Below are positions 44,777 to 58,651 of a stretch of 64,000 bases of DNA, in pieces. The notes under the pieces are model-generated. The model made no database searches. It had not been told where the DNA came from and saw nothing but the letters and a program-made list of their open reading frames with translations. The first letter of the stretch is position 1, and each line of letters opens with the position of its first letter. A program made the position numbers and the translations under genes. Origin of the DNA: Chlorokybus atmophyticus (taxonomy: Eukaryota > Plantae > Mesostigma and Chlorokybus algae); contig RHPI01000446.1 in NCBI GenBank assembly GCA_009103225.1, positions 62,001 to 126,000 of the forward strand, given 5' to 3'.

Positions 44777-47294
44777 ATGCTGCAGAACGCCACCGCCTAC
44801 CTGGTGGCAGCGGCGTTCGCCTTCTCCGCCTGTGCCGTCTCTCTCTACCATATCTATGGCCACCTTCGCAACTACACCGAGCCGGTGTACCAGCGATTCA
44901 TCGTCCGCATCATCTTCATGGTCCCGGTCAGTGCACACTGTATCACACTCTAGCTCAAATCTCTCTCCTAGCAAGCATGACTTGCATGCTTGTGTGTAAG
45001 CTGTGCACACAACATTGTGGGCTAGGGTTAGGGTGCTCAGACGGGGGACCCAAGGATCCACGACAGTGTTCACGACTCAAGCACATGTAGCTTCACTGAC
45101 CCATCGTAATTAGTGTAGGTCGGTGTGTGGTTGTATTGTTGCAGTGTTTTTGCACCAGACTGACAAGTACCCGTGTATGAGTTTTTGACATCGTGCCCAA
45201 CCCACATCTGATATGTAACAACTTGTCCTCGTGCAGGTGTACGCAATCTCTTCATGGTTTTCGCTTGTATTCCGACATGAAGCTATTTACTTTGACACCA
45301 TCCGAGATGTGTAAGCAGCTGCATGGTTGCTTACTATTGGTTGGCACACAACTACAATACTGATTCATCCAAGCTGCGTGTGAACTGGCTTTTTATCATT
45401 GCAGGTATGAAGCGTGGGTTATATACAACTTCTTGTCCCTCTGTTTGGCGTATTGCGGCGGGCCGGGAGCGGTTGTGGTGAGTCTCGAGGGGCAGGTGCT
45501 CAAGCCCAGCTGGTGGTGGGGCACATGCTGCTTGCCGCCGCTGCAGCTTGACGGGTACGCACACTTCAGTTGCATGTGCATCAACTTACTTGAGGGCAGC
45601 AGAGTCAACCTCAGTGGTTTGAGTTACTCTATTCGCTACACCTGTGTATGATCACATTTCAGCAGATGCGTGTATGAAAGCTTGCTTGTCATGTTTTCTC
45701 CATGAAGGACTGCATGAGGTTTGTAGTAGCCATTGTTGCCAAGCCAAAGGCAGCTTATTGTGCAACTCGGATAAGTGCTGCTCAACACTACCTCTGTGAC
45801 TTACCGTGACTTACTGGGTGTCTGCATCTTGTTGGTCGCATGCACATGTGTGCGTGTGTTTGATGTGTGTCGTGTGGCAGGCATTTTCTGCGGCACGTGA
45901 AGCAGGGTGCGCTGCTGTTTGTCTTCGTGAAGCCTGTGATGGCGGCGGCAGCGTTGATACTTCACTCGTGCGGGCTCTATGAGGAAGGAAATTTCGACCC
46001 CACGGAGGGGTACCTCTACATTTCCATTGTGTACAATATTACGTACACCATTGCCCTCTACAGCCTGCTGCTCTTCTACGCTGCGACGCGTGAGCTCCTT
46101 GCCCCCTTCAAACCTCTCGTAAAGTTCGTATGCATCAAAGCCGTCGTCTTTGCTACGTACTGGCAGGTATGCATACACATACAACCATCTTGAAGCTTCG
46201 CTATGCCTCTCATGGTCAGTGGTTATGTACATGTCCAATCGTGCAGGTATAGGCCGTGCACTGGTTGCATTGTTCTAAAGCTGTGTCCGTGCTTGCAATC
46301 AACGCACAGCGAGTGTCATCTTGTTACTTGAAACTCTGGATTGTGCACAAGCTTACACGACGTAGTGCGCAGATGCTGCTCGGCATGCATGTTGTATGCT
46401 GCCTATGTCGTCTCCAGCTCAGTCTGTGCGAATGTGTGTGGTTGTGCGCAGGGGTTCTTGTTCGCGCTGCTGGTGAAGTTCGGTGTGCTCAAGGATGCGG
46501 GAGACAGCAAGCTGCTGCAGGACTTCACCCTTTGCATTGAGATGCTGGTGGCGGCGTTCCTGCTGTGGCTCGCTTTCCCGTACACGGAGTATCGCGCCGC
46601 CACCGCTGTCAATGGCGAGGCCAAGCTGGGTGTCAGCATCGGCCATGCCATCAGCTTCAAGGACGTCTTCGCAGACACAGTCCACCAGTTTGCCCCAACC
46701 TACCATGACTATGTCCTCTACTCCGATGGCGCCAAACATGACATGCAGGTGGGCATGTTGGGTCATGCTGCACTCATGCACAGGCGTGTATGCCCATCAA
46801 CATTGCTCATGTGTACACGTGGACCATGTGGACTGGTCACTCAACGCCATGTTGTGTGGTCATATGCTGCGTTTGTCTGCAATTGACCATGATGCAGCAA
46901 TGCTACGTGTCTGGACATTTCATGAACTTGTGCTTCTGTGTCTGACTCTGCATGTTGGTTGCAGAATCCGCGAGTGCCGCAGAATGCCCCGAAAGGCAAG
47001 CGTTACCGCACAAGGACGTTTGTGCCAACGGGCAAGGAGATGGGTATGGTGCACGCGAGCGGGGGGGCGGCAGCGTCATCGGCGGTGCATGCCTCGCCAG
47101 GGGGCAACCTGCCGCCAATAGACGACAGCTTAGAGTTGCTTGAGGCCGGGCAGTCCCGCTCGGAAGTGGCTCATCCCGCAGCGCATGTGGAGCCTCCCAT
47201 CATCGACCCCTTTGGCATGCAGGACCTGAGGCCCGCTGCTGCGACTTCATCGGAAGACAAGGATATCCCTCTTCAGGAGATTGACTTGAAATAA
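44777..47294 (+). CDS. TMEM184: TMEM184 / LAZ1-like (OST-alpha family) membrane protein
   Basis: HLRNYTEPVYQRFIVRIIFMVP, KQGALLFVFVKPV, YEEGNFDPTEGYLYISIVYNITYTIALYSL, KPLVKFVCIKAVVFATYWQG, QDFTLCIEML. Confidence 0.9.
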
Positions 47295-49159
47295 GGTGTT
47301 TGTTGATGTTGTTGTTGGCTGCGATTATGTATGTATGCAACGTTGATTGTGAGCTGTGTTGGGGGGGCGCTCTTACTCAACATCTCTGCAGATATCCGTG
47401 TGTTGCTTGCAGAGTGTTGGTAATGCGCAGCCAAATTGTTGCAATATAAAGGCTGCCCATGCTTGTACTTCATTCAAGCCTTGTGTTCATCTTGTACATA
47501 CTTTTGCAGTATGGTATAGAACTGGTGGTTGGTTGCTGCACGCAGCTCTATATGTAAACGAGTGACGCTCGAGAAGTTGACCGGATTGGTTGCTGCTAGA
47601 ATTGGTTGCTTATGGCTAAGTTGCAGGCCTTGTACTGGCTCTTTCTTGTAGTCGCAGAAACATACCGTTTACAGGCTGTTGTGTACCAAAAATGGTATGC
47701 TAGATTAGTCGCATGCAAGGTGTGCAATACAATAGCAGCACAACATGCAGCAGTGGGCACATACCATGCTTACACTCACCACCGGGCTGCCTACTCTACC
47801 CAATATGCTAAGCCCCTGCCCTGTTAGTCAGACGCATGCATGGTGTCCAGCAATGTTTTTGGGTGCGTGCGGTCCAAGTCGCCGTGCACAAACTCCTTTA
47901 TCAGGTGAACTGCGTACAGTCATTGCAACGACCATTGTCAACTCAGCGTCTATGCCTGCGCCAGACAGGACTGTAGCATTCGCAACTGCAGTGATTCAAA
48001 TCGTACTGATTCCTGTTCACCTACAAACCTGGTTGCACCATGACAGAAAGGGCACGGGGAGCAGGCTGACTGGCAACACAGCTTGCCCGTCGGAAGGACG
48101 AGGTCGCCCAACCCCACCAGCAGCACCTAGCTGCCAGCAGTAACGCAGCAGCACTGCACACTGCGTGACGCAGTGTGCGGGAGAATACCACACTGCGAGG
48201 TGACGTTGGAGCAAGGGGCAGGGCAGAGAGGCGGGGCAGAGGGGCCCTGCCAGATCAGGAGCGACAGGGTTGCAGCGTCTGCAATGGCGGAGGAGGAGGA
48301 GGCGGAGGGAGGAGACGCGAGGAAGGGGACAGGGCAGGAAGGAAGGAGAGAGAGGGAGGGAGGAGGAGGGACATATTCACACACTGCATGCTGCTACTGC
48401 TGCGCCGCTACAGCCAGTGACTACCTTTGTTGACGCTGCTACACGTGTGTTGTACAGGTAAACAATGCACGTATTTAATGAGATGGCTAACCGGGTGTTA
48501 GTTTTAGTGCAGGTAGTGAAGTTGGTATTGGTGGTTTGAGAGTGGTAGGTGTCAATACCCCGGTGGTCGACATGTTATCCAAAAACGGTGCGAGCTGCAT
48601 GCTGCGCATGTTGCTGTGGATTGCATGTGTTGTGAGCAGTCCTGCTGCGCATGTTATATATATAGAGTAGTTGCGAGATGCAAAACCTGATAGAGTGCAC
48701 TAGGTAGGCAGCCATGCTAGCATGACGTTGTACATTTTCTCGTATTTTAGTTGTGTCACTTTAAGATGCTTATCATGTCCATTACGGCATCAGAGGGGAT
48801 GCATCCCTGCAAACAAAACCTGGTGCTCAGCAAGCTAGCAAGAAATGCATCAACCTGCACATCCATCCATGCCCAGCATGTGCTACATTAGCATTGGTCT
48901 CATCCTCTGTGTCATGCGCCAACTACAAATGTTTTGCTAGCCTGTACATGGAGTCTAGCCTTGTGCCTTAAGATGTGCGCCAATCTACAAGTGCTTGTCT
49001 TCTGCCGACCTCGAATGTCCAGCATTGACTTCAAAACAGCCATATAGCCTGGCTGACAGGCTGTCCAGTAAAGTGCTTACATCTCCTGCCATTGCCTCTC
49101 GCGCGATTGGGATACTCGCTATGGTTTGAATGTATTGCAGCAAAAACCAGGGGGAATCA

Positions 49160-52100
49160 TCAAACTGCTGTAGTTGACATAAACTTGCGCCGGTTCTCCA
49201 CTCGTCGCTTGTTCTTCTTCTTATCCTTGTTCTCAATGCCTTCCTTCCCATGCGCCATGGCCATGAAGCGTGCCCAGAGCGGGGCCGCAATCGTTGCGCC
49301 GCTGCCGGGCAAAGGCCTGTTGTCGTCGTGTCCTACCCACACAACGCATGACAGGTAAGGCGTGTAGCCAGCAAACCACGCATCACGGAAATCGTCGCTC
49401 GTGCCAGTTTTGCCTGCGGCTGTGCGGGACGCTGCATTGTCACGCCAGCTGGCCACCGCAGCTTTGCCAGTTCCCTGCAAGAGTGGTGATAGTAAGGCTG
49501 AAGTCACAGCTGCGGTTAGCTGTCACAAAAGACTAAAACAACATACCCGCTTGACGGCTTCCTTCAGCATGCTGTGAAGAATCTTGCAAGGTTCAGTTCG
49601 CACTGCGGTGTAGAAGGATGGTCGGTGCTTATATATTGTGTTGCCATGCCTGTCCTGTAGTTGCAATCAGAGTGTAAGCAGTTGCACCCAAAGTCAGTCA
49701 CTTGCGATCACACGCCCCACAATGCAAAGCCAAGTGATGACGACTGCAACTGTACCTTGATGCTGGTAACAAAGTGGGGCTTGGTGTATACACCTCCAGA
49801 AGCTATGGTGTTGTATGCGCAAGCAATCTCCATGGGCGTCACTTCGCATGCACCGAGCGCCAGCGACAGCGTTTCAGGCAGCTCTGATGTAACACCAAGT
49901 CTTCTGGCCATGGCAATCACCTGCCAGAGACCAAACCATAAGCATCATGCACATTCTAAGCGGGCTGCTACTGCAGCTGTTACTCCATTGAGACCTTCAT
50001 GCGCGTACTTACATTCGAGGGCCGAACCATAGATGCCAGCTTCACAGTGGGGATGTTGAGCGAAAACACCAGGGAGTCCTTCAGCGAGACTCGGCCCCGA
50101 AACGTCTGAGAGAAGTTTTGTGGCATATACTGATCAATTGTGTCAAAAACAACGGGTTCATCGTCCAATTCTGTGATGCGGAACACACAATGAGTCAGTT
50201 ACAAGATGCAAGGCGCTCTTTTATGGCGACCGACGAATGCCTTGCAAGACTTAAAACTCACCTGTATCAGGCGTAGCAATGCCTAATGCAAGGGCAGCAA
50301 GATACACGAACGGTTTGAACGCACTGCCCGGTGAGCGCTGTGCAAGCACTGCTCTGTTGTACGGGCTGGAACTGTAGTCCCTGCCCCCAACCTGCAATGT
50401 TCACAGCATGTTGCGTTAAGGTACAACTCACAACGATAGGTGTGATAGCTTTATGTTGGTATCTAGAGCTGGTGTCAGCAACTACACACCATGACACGAA
50501 CTGCCCCTGTTGCCGGTTCCAGGGCTACCAGTGCTGCCTCTCCAGCAAAATTAGATCTGCTTCTGTCCTCAGCCAACAAACCTTCTGCATATTCCTGCAG
50601 CAGAAGTGCACAACGTCAAGCCCGTCACTCAAAATCACACGTTTTTCCACTTGTCTCACCTGCAGCGACAAATCTACTGTCGTTTGGATCTTCAAGCCCC
50701 CGCCTGAACGCACGGCATCATCTCCACATAGATGCTTAAGCTGAGACCCAAACAATGCTCTTGTGACTGTTGTGTTCAGCACAAAGCGGCACAGTGAGTC
50801 AACCAAGCTTACCTGATACAGAACTTCGCCAACAAAAAAGGGAGCTCGATAGGGCGCAGCTCCAGGTGGAGCCATGAGCACGGAGCCGTGAGCTCGTGCT
50901 CCGGGGTTCATGGCTAGATTTAGAGACTCTGGCAAGCCCTGAGGCCAAAATGCAACCCGATGTAAAACCTCTTTGAGCCAATCAACCAGCAGCATGCGCA
51001 CAAAAGACAATGTGCTTACTGCAAGGTCCTCGTTGTCGGCTTCTTTTTCTGTTATGTACCCGGATTGCACCATGCTTTGCAGCACACCATGTCTGGCCTG
51101 TAGTGCACCCTGCTCCAACAGTACATGTCATACACATACACAAGTTGCGCGCTACACACTAGTCAGCTAAGAAACAATACACAGAACTATCTCAAGTCCA
51201 GTATACGCATGGGTGAGCAGTTGACAAACATCATTCCCATCTGCAAAACCATGTATGATTGTTTGCACGCAGGTGCATGCTTGCAAATGAACCTCAAAAA
51301 CTTGCACAACTGACCTGCGGGTTTCTGAAAGGCGACAGCAGCTCTGGTGCGGGCAACAAGCCTGCAAGCATAGCTGATTCACCAAGAGTGAGCTGCGACG
51401 GCTTCTTCTTGAAGTACCCCGAGGCTGCTCCAGCTATCCCCGTGATCCCGTGTCCCCAATACACATTATTCAGGTACATCTCCAGAATCTACATAAATGA
51501 CTGCGCTAACAGATGTTCCAAGTGTGGTGACAGTCGTGACACAAAGCACAAGTTGCTTTGTGACTCATGCCAGTATCAGAAAGCATTGCGAGCATGCACA
51601 AGAGTGGATATATATACAAAGGTGTGACAGAATACTACTGACCTGCGGCTTTTTCATACGCTGCTCTAGTCCAATGGCAAGGACGACCTCAACAAGCTTG
51701 CGAGATATTGTGCGATCATGACTCAACAGCATGTTCTTCACCAGCTGCTGAGTGACCGTCGAGCCTCCACCCTGCACTGCAACGCATTTGGCCCAACACC
51801 ACAAGCAGGTTTTCTGACTCCGACGGATAAAACCCAAATTTTACCTGGCGACCTGCGCTGATGACTGCTCGTGCCAAGCCTCTAATGTCAACACCTTTGT
51901 GCGACCAGAATCTCCTGTCCTCACTCGCAACAATTGCTTGCCAGATGCTGTCCGCACAATCTGTAATAGCAACCTGAAAAGCAGTTTCCAAGGTCATCGC
52001 ACAAATGTTACATACGCAACACTTAGTTGTTGGGCAGCACCTCCACAGTGATGCACGCACTCACAGTCACAACACTTGCAACAAGTCGTGATAGTGCATA

Positions 52101-52740
52101 CATATTGTGAGGTAATGGTGGCCACCACTTCGCCCTTGCAGTCATAAATGATGGTGGGTTCTGCGCCTGGTGGCTCAGGCGGCAGACCATTCGGCCTATC
52201 TCCCAGAAGCTCCTTCCATCTCTTCACCATGCCCGGTTTCACACTGCTGCTGAACTTCAGTGCGTCACGCACAGCCAGTGATGCAGCTGCTGCAAACCCA
52301 GCTAACGCATACGTCTTCGGGTCTAACAAAACCCTGCCACAGATGCATGCAGTGAGATATGCACTGTTCAATCCTCAAGTGGTAGTTATGTGAGCCACCC
52401 TGTATGCATAACTCATGCTGTGCACAGTCAACATTACAGTGACATGCACATGTACATACCTTCTTAGCCTTGGTGCTGCTGCCTCCAAGACCGCGCGTGT
52501 TTGCGTGCGTCGTTGGCTACGGTGCGTAACAAGCACAGCCGATGACGAAGTGCAGCACTCAGAATGGGACAACAGCGAGCGTTCACGTCGCTCACCCACT
52601 TCAGAAAGCGCAACTGCTGCTTCCGACAAACTGATAGTACTAGTCTGGGCACTGATAAGACAGTCCGCACTGGGCAAAGAGCCTGTCAACCATGCCAAGC
52701 GCCCAGCCCCCTTTGATGTGGATGTTAATGCCATTGGCAT
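49160..52740 (-). CDS. PBP: Bifunctional class A penicillin-binding protein (transglycosylase-transpeptidase, PBP1A-like), probably plastid-targeted
   Basis: GT51 motifs [31 protein letters not shown] and YLNNVYWG. Transpeptidase motifs GSAFKP (SxxK), SLNIP (SxN) and GKTGT. The Ser/Thr/Ala-rich N-terminal exon begins at 52740; the 3' end is approximate. Confidence 0.92.
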
Positions 52741-52786
52741 GGCCGGCTAGCAGCAAGCTAATCAGCTGACCAGCTAGCTCCCTGTC

Positions 52787-53113
52787 TTATTGCCTGTTCT
52801 GTCCAGCTGCCATCTTGTCCTCTGGCCTCACCAGGTTCTCTTTGTTTCCATCAGCGGCACTGTTGCTCGGAGAGCGCTGCGCTTGTGAGGAGGAAGCCAG
52901 GCTCTCTATGACCTCGGAGAAGTTGGGGTCAAGGCTGCAGACGTAGTCCGCATGCACGATGGAGTTGCGTCTCAATCGTTGACTGACCTGCACTTGTGCA
53001 TGCAAGAAGCGTCAGCAAGCATCTTAATCAAGTAACCATGCTTGCATCCCCAACAACCAAACCACACTTGCCTGCAACACTCCACAAGGCTCCGCTTGCT
53101 GCCTGTCCGACAT
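52787..53113 (-). CDS. Small two-exon ORF (80 aa) immediately upstream of PBP, either a separate ORF or extra 5' exons of PBP
   Basis: ATG at 53113, exon 53113-53072, GCAAGT donor, exon 52987-52787, giving MSDRQQAEPCGVLQVSQRLRRNSIVHADYVCSLDPNFSEVIESL...GNKENLVRPEDKMAAGQNRQ*. Confidence 0.5.
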
Positions 53114-53680
53114 GAGTCCACGAGACGAAGCGCTCAACAGCAACAACAAGAAAAATAATCCATGCACATCCCACGACACGCCAGCTTCACCACCTCGCCC
53201 ACGCCGCCAACGACAGCGCCAACACTACCGCCGCCGCCGCCGCAACTGCTTGCCGAAATCCCGCCCAAATCTAAATTTGATTCACTGCTTCAGTGGCTGA
53301 GTGAATCAGTGCGATCACACTTCCTTGCTGGCGCAATGAACTAATCAGTGAGCTGATCAGTGAACTACTTTGCACACTCGCTGCTTGGCGCCAAACAGCA
53401 GCATTGGCGGTGTGGCCAGCGGCGGCGGCATTGCTGTGGGCGGCGGTAGGGGCGGCGGCTGGGAGATCTGTTGTCCGGTCGGTGACCGATGGTGAGAGGA
53501 GGCATGAGAAGTGCTTGATTGCTGGTCAGAGCGGCTGTTGTAGGAGGGGTCAGCTGTGCTGGGACCAGCAGCAGCTGCTGCTGCCGTTGGTTGCGGCAAG
53601 GGCGCCTCGTGGGTGGTTGCTTGCAACTTAGTGGGTGAAGCATGATGGTATGATGCTGTTTTGGGCATGCGGGGCTGTTC

Positions 53681-56600
53681 ATGTGGCCAGTTCAAGGCGG
53701 CGGCGGCAGCAGCAGCAGCCGGCGTCCTGGGCAGCAGGGCCGTCCAGCTGCTGCTTCTGCTGCGCATTCCGTCATCGCTGCGTCGCTGTCGCACCTCAGG
53801 ATACTGCTGGTATGCACTGTCATGCTCGCTGGCCTGATCTTGGGCTACTACATCCGCCTGCACGTTGAGCTCCGTGTCGGCGTCTCCTCTGCCTCTGGAG
53901 GAAGGGTCCCTGGGCACTTCTCCCCTGGTGACAGTGATGACGACACCATCCCCTCAGACTCTTGGCTGCTCTCGGAACCAGATCATCGCAAGAAAGGAAG
54001 CAGGTAAATTTCAACAGTTGTGAGCGGCTGCCAGTATGTGCGCAAGGATCCAAGCACAGCCGCTCATATGGATAGTATTTAGGCCACACAAGAACGCACG
54101 AGGACAACCTGGTTGTTGCATGCTGATTGTGGCAGGCTGAAGCATGCCACATGGTACACATTTCTTGCTTAAGCGAACGGTATTTGCCAATTATGCACAA
54201 TCAATGGTCACAACGAGTTGTTGCGAAGCTAGGTCCATTAAAGTCGTGCTTACTGTGTGGCTATGCCTGCCCTTGCAAAGCCGCACGCTGCATTTGTATA
54301 TCAATGTAGCAATGCAGCAGAGTCACGTATGGCAAGTTTGTGCAGCTCATTACTCCACCAGCCGCTGCAATTCATCAGCTTATTGGCTGTCACAGTGTGC
54401 CTGTTGAGGACTGCTGATACCGCTGGCCGCTGATACCTTGTCTTGCAAAGGAGCAAAGCAGGTGATGGGACCGACATTCCAGCAAACGCAAGCAAGCAGT
54501 CAGGCCTGCGGCAGCTGCAATACACGAAATCGGGTTTGATAGTGCCACCGCATTTGGCTGACATCCTGGCAAGGAAAGAGGTGCTCCCATCTCGAAACAA
54601 GGAGCCTTCAGACATTGCGCAGCTGTCCTTGGAGCAGCGTGCAACATCACCGTCGATGTGCGGCAACTGGCAGGTTCTCATATTGCTCAACTGCAGCAGG
54701 CATAGGTCATCGTGAGATGTTACTTACAAGACGCTTTGTCACAGCACAAGTATGCCAGGTGGCATAAAAGGGCCATGGCAAGCTTGTCGAACCCAAAAGC
54801 TGCAGCAAAGACACGATTTGTGGTGTTTCGCTGCCGCCAGGTTGGTGAAGTGAACGAGCAATGCGGTGGCCTCGCGGACCGTTTCACAGGAATGGTATTT
54901 GGCATTTTGATAGCCAGTGCAGCTGCCAACACTGCTGCTTAGTCAACATCAGCTGACGTTTTATTTTGTTCATGCAGGTGTCTGCATTTCTTTTTGCGCT
55001 GCTGACTGACCGAGTGTTCCTGATAGACTGGCCAGGCTATGAAAACGCCTTCAACTCTCCCTATGCCAATCTTACATACGTACCTGAGATCCTTGGACAA
55101 CCTTCGCGTGACAAGCTGTTGCCTGTCATGCCGTGGGTACGTGCGTGCACATCATGTTGTTGAACACCACAACACTTCACAACAAGCAAGGTTAGTTCAA
55201 TCAACCTTTTGATTGCAGGTGCCATTGCATCCGCGCTGGGGTGTAAATGTGACGGGCCTGCTGAACGGGGATGTTGGCATGTACAACTGGCATGATTGCG
55301 AGGTTCGACGGCGTTTTGACAATTGCGGTGGAGCCTTTGCAGGGCATCTGGGTCATCTCAACAGCTACTTTCAGGAAAAGGTCAGCCTGATCTACATGGC
55401 GTGCGTGCAGATTGTGTCGACCGCTGCAGCGCAGTGCACACCTTCCTCGCACAGATGCTTTCAAGCTGCTTGCCATCACGCTGGTCACATGCACAGTGAT
55501 GGTTGTTTGTTGTTAGTTAGCAAGCATTCACACGCACACGGGTGGCAAGGTCGTTGAGGTGTCCTCGCACAAATTCTTCACCTGTTAGGTGGTGGTCATC
55601 AACTTCAACCGAGGCGTTGTAAGCATGGCTTTTCGAGAAACTGGACCTCAGATGCGGCTGCAAGCAATGGGACTGCATCCTGACACCGCCTTTGGTTGCC
55701 TGCTTCATTTCATCATGCGGTAAGCTCGATAGTCGTGTCATGGCTATCCATAACAGGCGGGACTGCCAAGGTAGCTAGCAATAACTCCTCCATCTGCCAA
55801 CAGGCCAAGCAGTACCGTGCACAGCTTGTTTGCGCGCTACAGTCAGGTGCTGGATGACCCGACAGTGTTCAGTGTGGGCATTCACATTCGCACGGGGGAC
55901 AGCTCCTTCCAGAAGAACGCCAATCTTACTGTCCTTGACCATGACGAGTATGGCACGCAGTTTCAGGAGTACTTTGAGACCGCTCAGGTGGGCTCTGTGT
56001 ATGTGTACAGAAGGCTTCAAGGCATAGAGCAACGTGTGTGCGTGTAAGCGCGTGTGCATATGCGTGTGTATCTTCCATGATACACACAGCACTTCACATA
56101 CCCTATACACGGATGGGAATGAAATGGGTTTACGCTGGTCCTGTCCTGGTGTGCTGCGCTCATGGTTGTTATTGTGTCAGGTGCTTGCGGACTACCATGC
56201 GCAGCCTGGACAGCGGGTCGTATGGTATGTCATGAGCGACAACAAAGCACTGAAGGATGACGCACGCAGACGCTACACATCCAGGATGCTGACAACAGAC
56301 ATTGAAGCAGCGCACATTGACAGAGAGATTTGGGAGAAGGCTGCCAGGGAGGGGAAAAAGAAGGATCCCAATCGGTCCTTACAGGTGCAGTAACATACAC
56401 AGCATGCGGGCTTCGCATTGTTGGTGTGTTGAGTGACAGTCACACTGTCAAGTATGCGCAGCTGCCTGGTTAAGACTTGGCATGCACTGGTCTTGTGTTG
56501 TCGTGATCAGAATAGTCTTTTGATATGTGCTGATCATTGACTTGCTGTTCATTGACTAATCATGGGTAAGCAGGAGTCGCTTGGGGAGTGGTGGCTGTTG

Positions 56601-56756
56601 AGCAAATGCAAGTACTTTGTGCTGAAGAGGACAAGCGGGTTCTCGCGCACCGCGTTGGCATACTCGCTGCGGCCAGAGGTTGCGGCCTATCCTGGCACAG
56701 GGCCGTTCTACTTCATGCGGACTATCGAGCTCGCCGAACTAGGTGCCGGTTTGTAA
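53681..56756 (+). CDS. Type II membrane fucosyltransferase-like glycosyltransferase (GT23/GT37/NodZ-like fold)
   Basis: N-terminal TM segment ILLVCTVMLAGLILGYYI; CGGLADRFTGMVSAFLFALLTDRVFLIDW; VGIHIRTGD; WYVMSDN; EWWLLSKCKYFVLKRTSGFSRTA. Confidence 0.75.
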
Positions 56757-57585
56757 ATATGTTTTGTTAGGTTGTTGGGTGCTTGCGTTGTCGGGTTGTG
56801 TTCTGTGACACTGTGCGCTGTTGCATACAAGTAGTGGTTACTTAGAGCCCGTTGCTACCTGTTTTTTTTGAACTGACACCGGTTGAGCTGTATAAACCAC
56901 TCAGTAGTGGCATAGCTTGCAGCAGTTTGTACATGTACACGGGTGTCTGCACAGACATGCATGTGTTCTTGTTTGTGGCCAGCGCACTGGTGTTCAGGTG
57001 CACTGCAAGGGTGATACATCGCATGTTGACGCACATAGGGTTTAGCAATGAAAGGACAAGCAGACGATAGCAGCAGCAATCAAGTAGGAAACCAGCAGCA
57101 CAAAGCACATACAAATACATTACACACACGCACAAGTGAACGCAGACACACGTATCTCACGCCTCCACAATACATGCATTGCGTGACGCAATACACTGCG
57201 CGATCACTTGTAGACACACGCACGTGAAAGCACACACATGCAGCAATGCCACAGTGGCATCACATCGGTGAAGAAAACTCCAAGCATAGGTTAACAACGA
57301 GGAAGAATACATGCGCACACAATCAGTGTTAGCGTCAGCATTTATGGATACCAATAAGCATGTGTGGCTGAGTACCCAGCACACACTTTATCTTTTCCTT
57401 CTCATTACACTCTACACTCATGGCTACCAAACAGCTGTGCGTATGCAACGCATCTCACACTTCAATTGCAAAATCAACTACAAGGACACACCACACACGC
57501 GCATGCATGCACGCCACTGCATCAGACTCGACCACGCACGAACATTCAACACTCCGCATCTCAACCGGCGGCAGCGGCGGCGGCG

Positions 57586-58651
57586 ATGGAGAGCGCTCAC
57601 CCCGTCAAACAGGAAGACGTTGACCCCGCCCCTGCCCCTGCCCCGGCGGAGGAGGCGGTGGCAATGGAGGATGATCAGGTCAAGGAGGAGACAAATGAGG
57701 AGCCGTCATATGCCTCAGCGCCCGCCGCCTCCAAGCCGCAAAAGAGGAAGCGGAAGGGAAGGAGGAGAGGAGGCGGGGATGAAGAGGGGAGCGCAGGGGG
57801 GCGGGAGAGGTTCTTGCTTGAGCTGGAGTTTGTGCAGTCTTTGGCCAACCCAAACTACGTTCACTGTAAGCATTGAGAGAAAGCACATGATAACGCGCTA
57901 CGAATACTACACTTGTCAATCTGTTGTTATCGTCTTGGACACAAATCCAGTGCAGTGTCTCCCTTTGGATTTAATGAGAATATAAGCAGTGACGTTAAAG
58001 TTTTCAAGGCTGTCTATTGTGCTGTGTGGTTGCTTGGGTTTCTGGTGCGCTGTTATTTTATTGGCAACAAGAGACTGAAGCAAACATTTTACCAGCAGTG
58101 TATGGAGTCTGTAACCACAACAACAGCAATAACAACGACGCTAACTGCTATGTGTATGTGACTGCAGATTTGGCGCAGCACAGGTACTTTGACAACCCCA
58201 CATTTGTCAAGTACCTCAAGTATCTGCGGTACTGGAAACGCCCAGAGTACTCCAGATTCTTAGTGTAAGCTTTTACCATGCATGTGCATGGTCGTTATTT
58301 TACTCGCTCGCTACCATACCGCATTGCAGTGATGTCAAGGTTTTACTTGGCATGCTCAAATTAGAGAGGTAAACAACATGTGTGCGCAGCTTCCCCCACT
58401 CTTTGTACTTCCTGGACTTACTACAAACCGAAGCGTTCCGCACCGCAATGGCGTACCCACACAACAAGGTGATTGCTACGACACGCACAAGTCTTCTTTT
58501 TTATGTAACTTGACAGTGATACTTGTGTACCTTGCAGGAGTTTGTACACAAGCAGCAGTTTTATTTCTGGCAGCACTACCGAGCTAATCGCATGAAGGCG
58601 CTGCGACCGCCAGAAGAGCAGACAGCCGCCACAGCGAGCACTGTCCAATGA
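57586..58651 (+). CDS. MED31: Mediator subunit 31 (SOH1), 4 exons
   Basis: [69 protein letters not shown]...QQFYFWQHY. Confidence 0.93.

Noticed and set aside
48180-48400. Purine-rich block with short ORFs between TMEM184 and PBP
   Set aside because: Low-complexity sequence with no coherent exon chain or motif.
53357-53917. 186-aa minus-strand ORF
   Set aside because: Antisense shadow of the fucosyltransferase first exon plus low-complexity GC repeats, with no motif.
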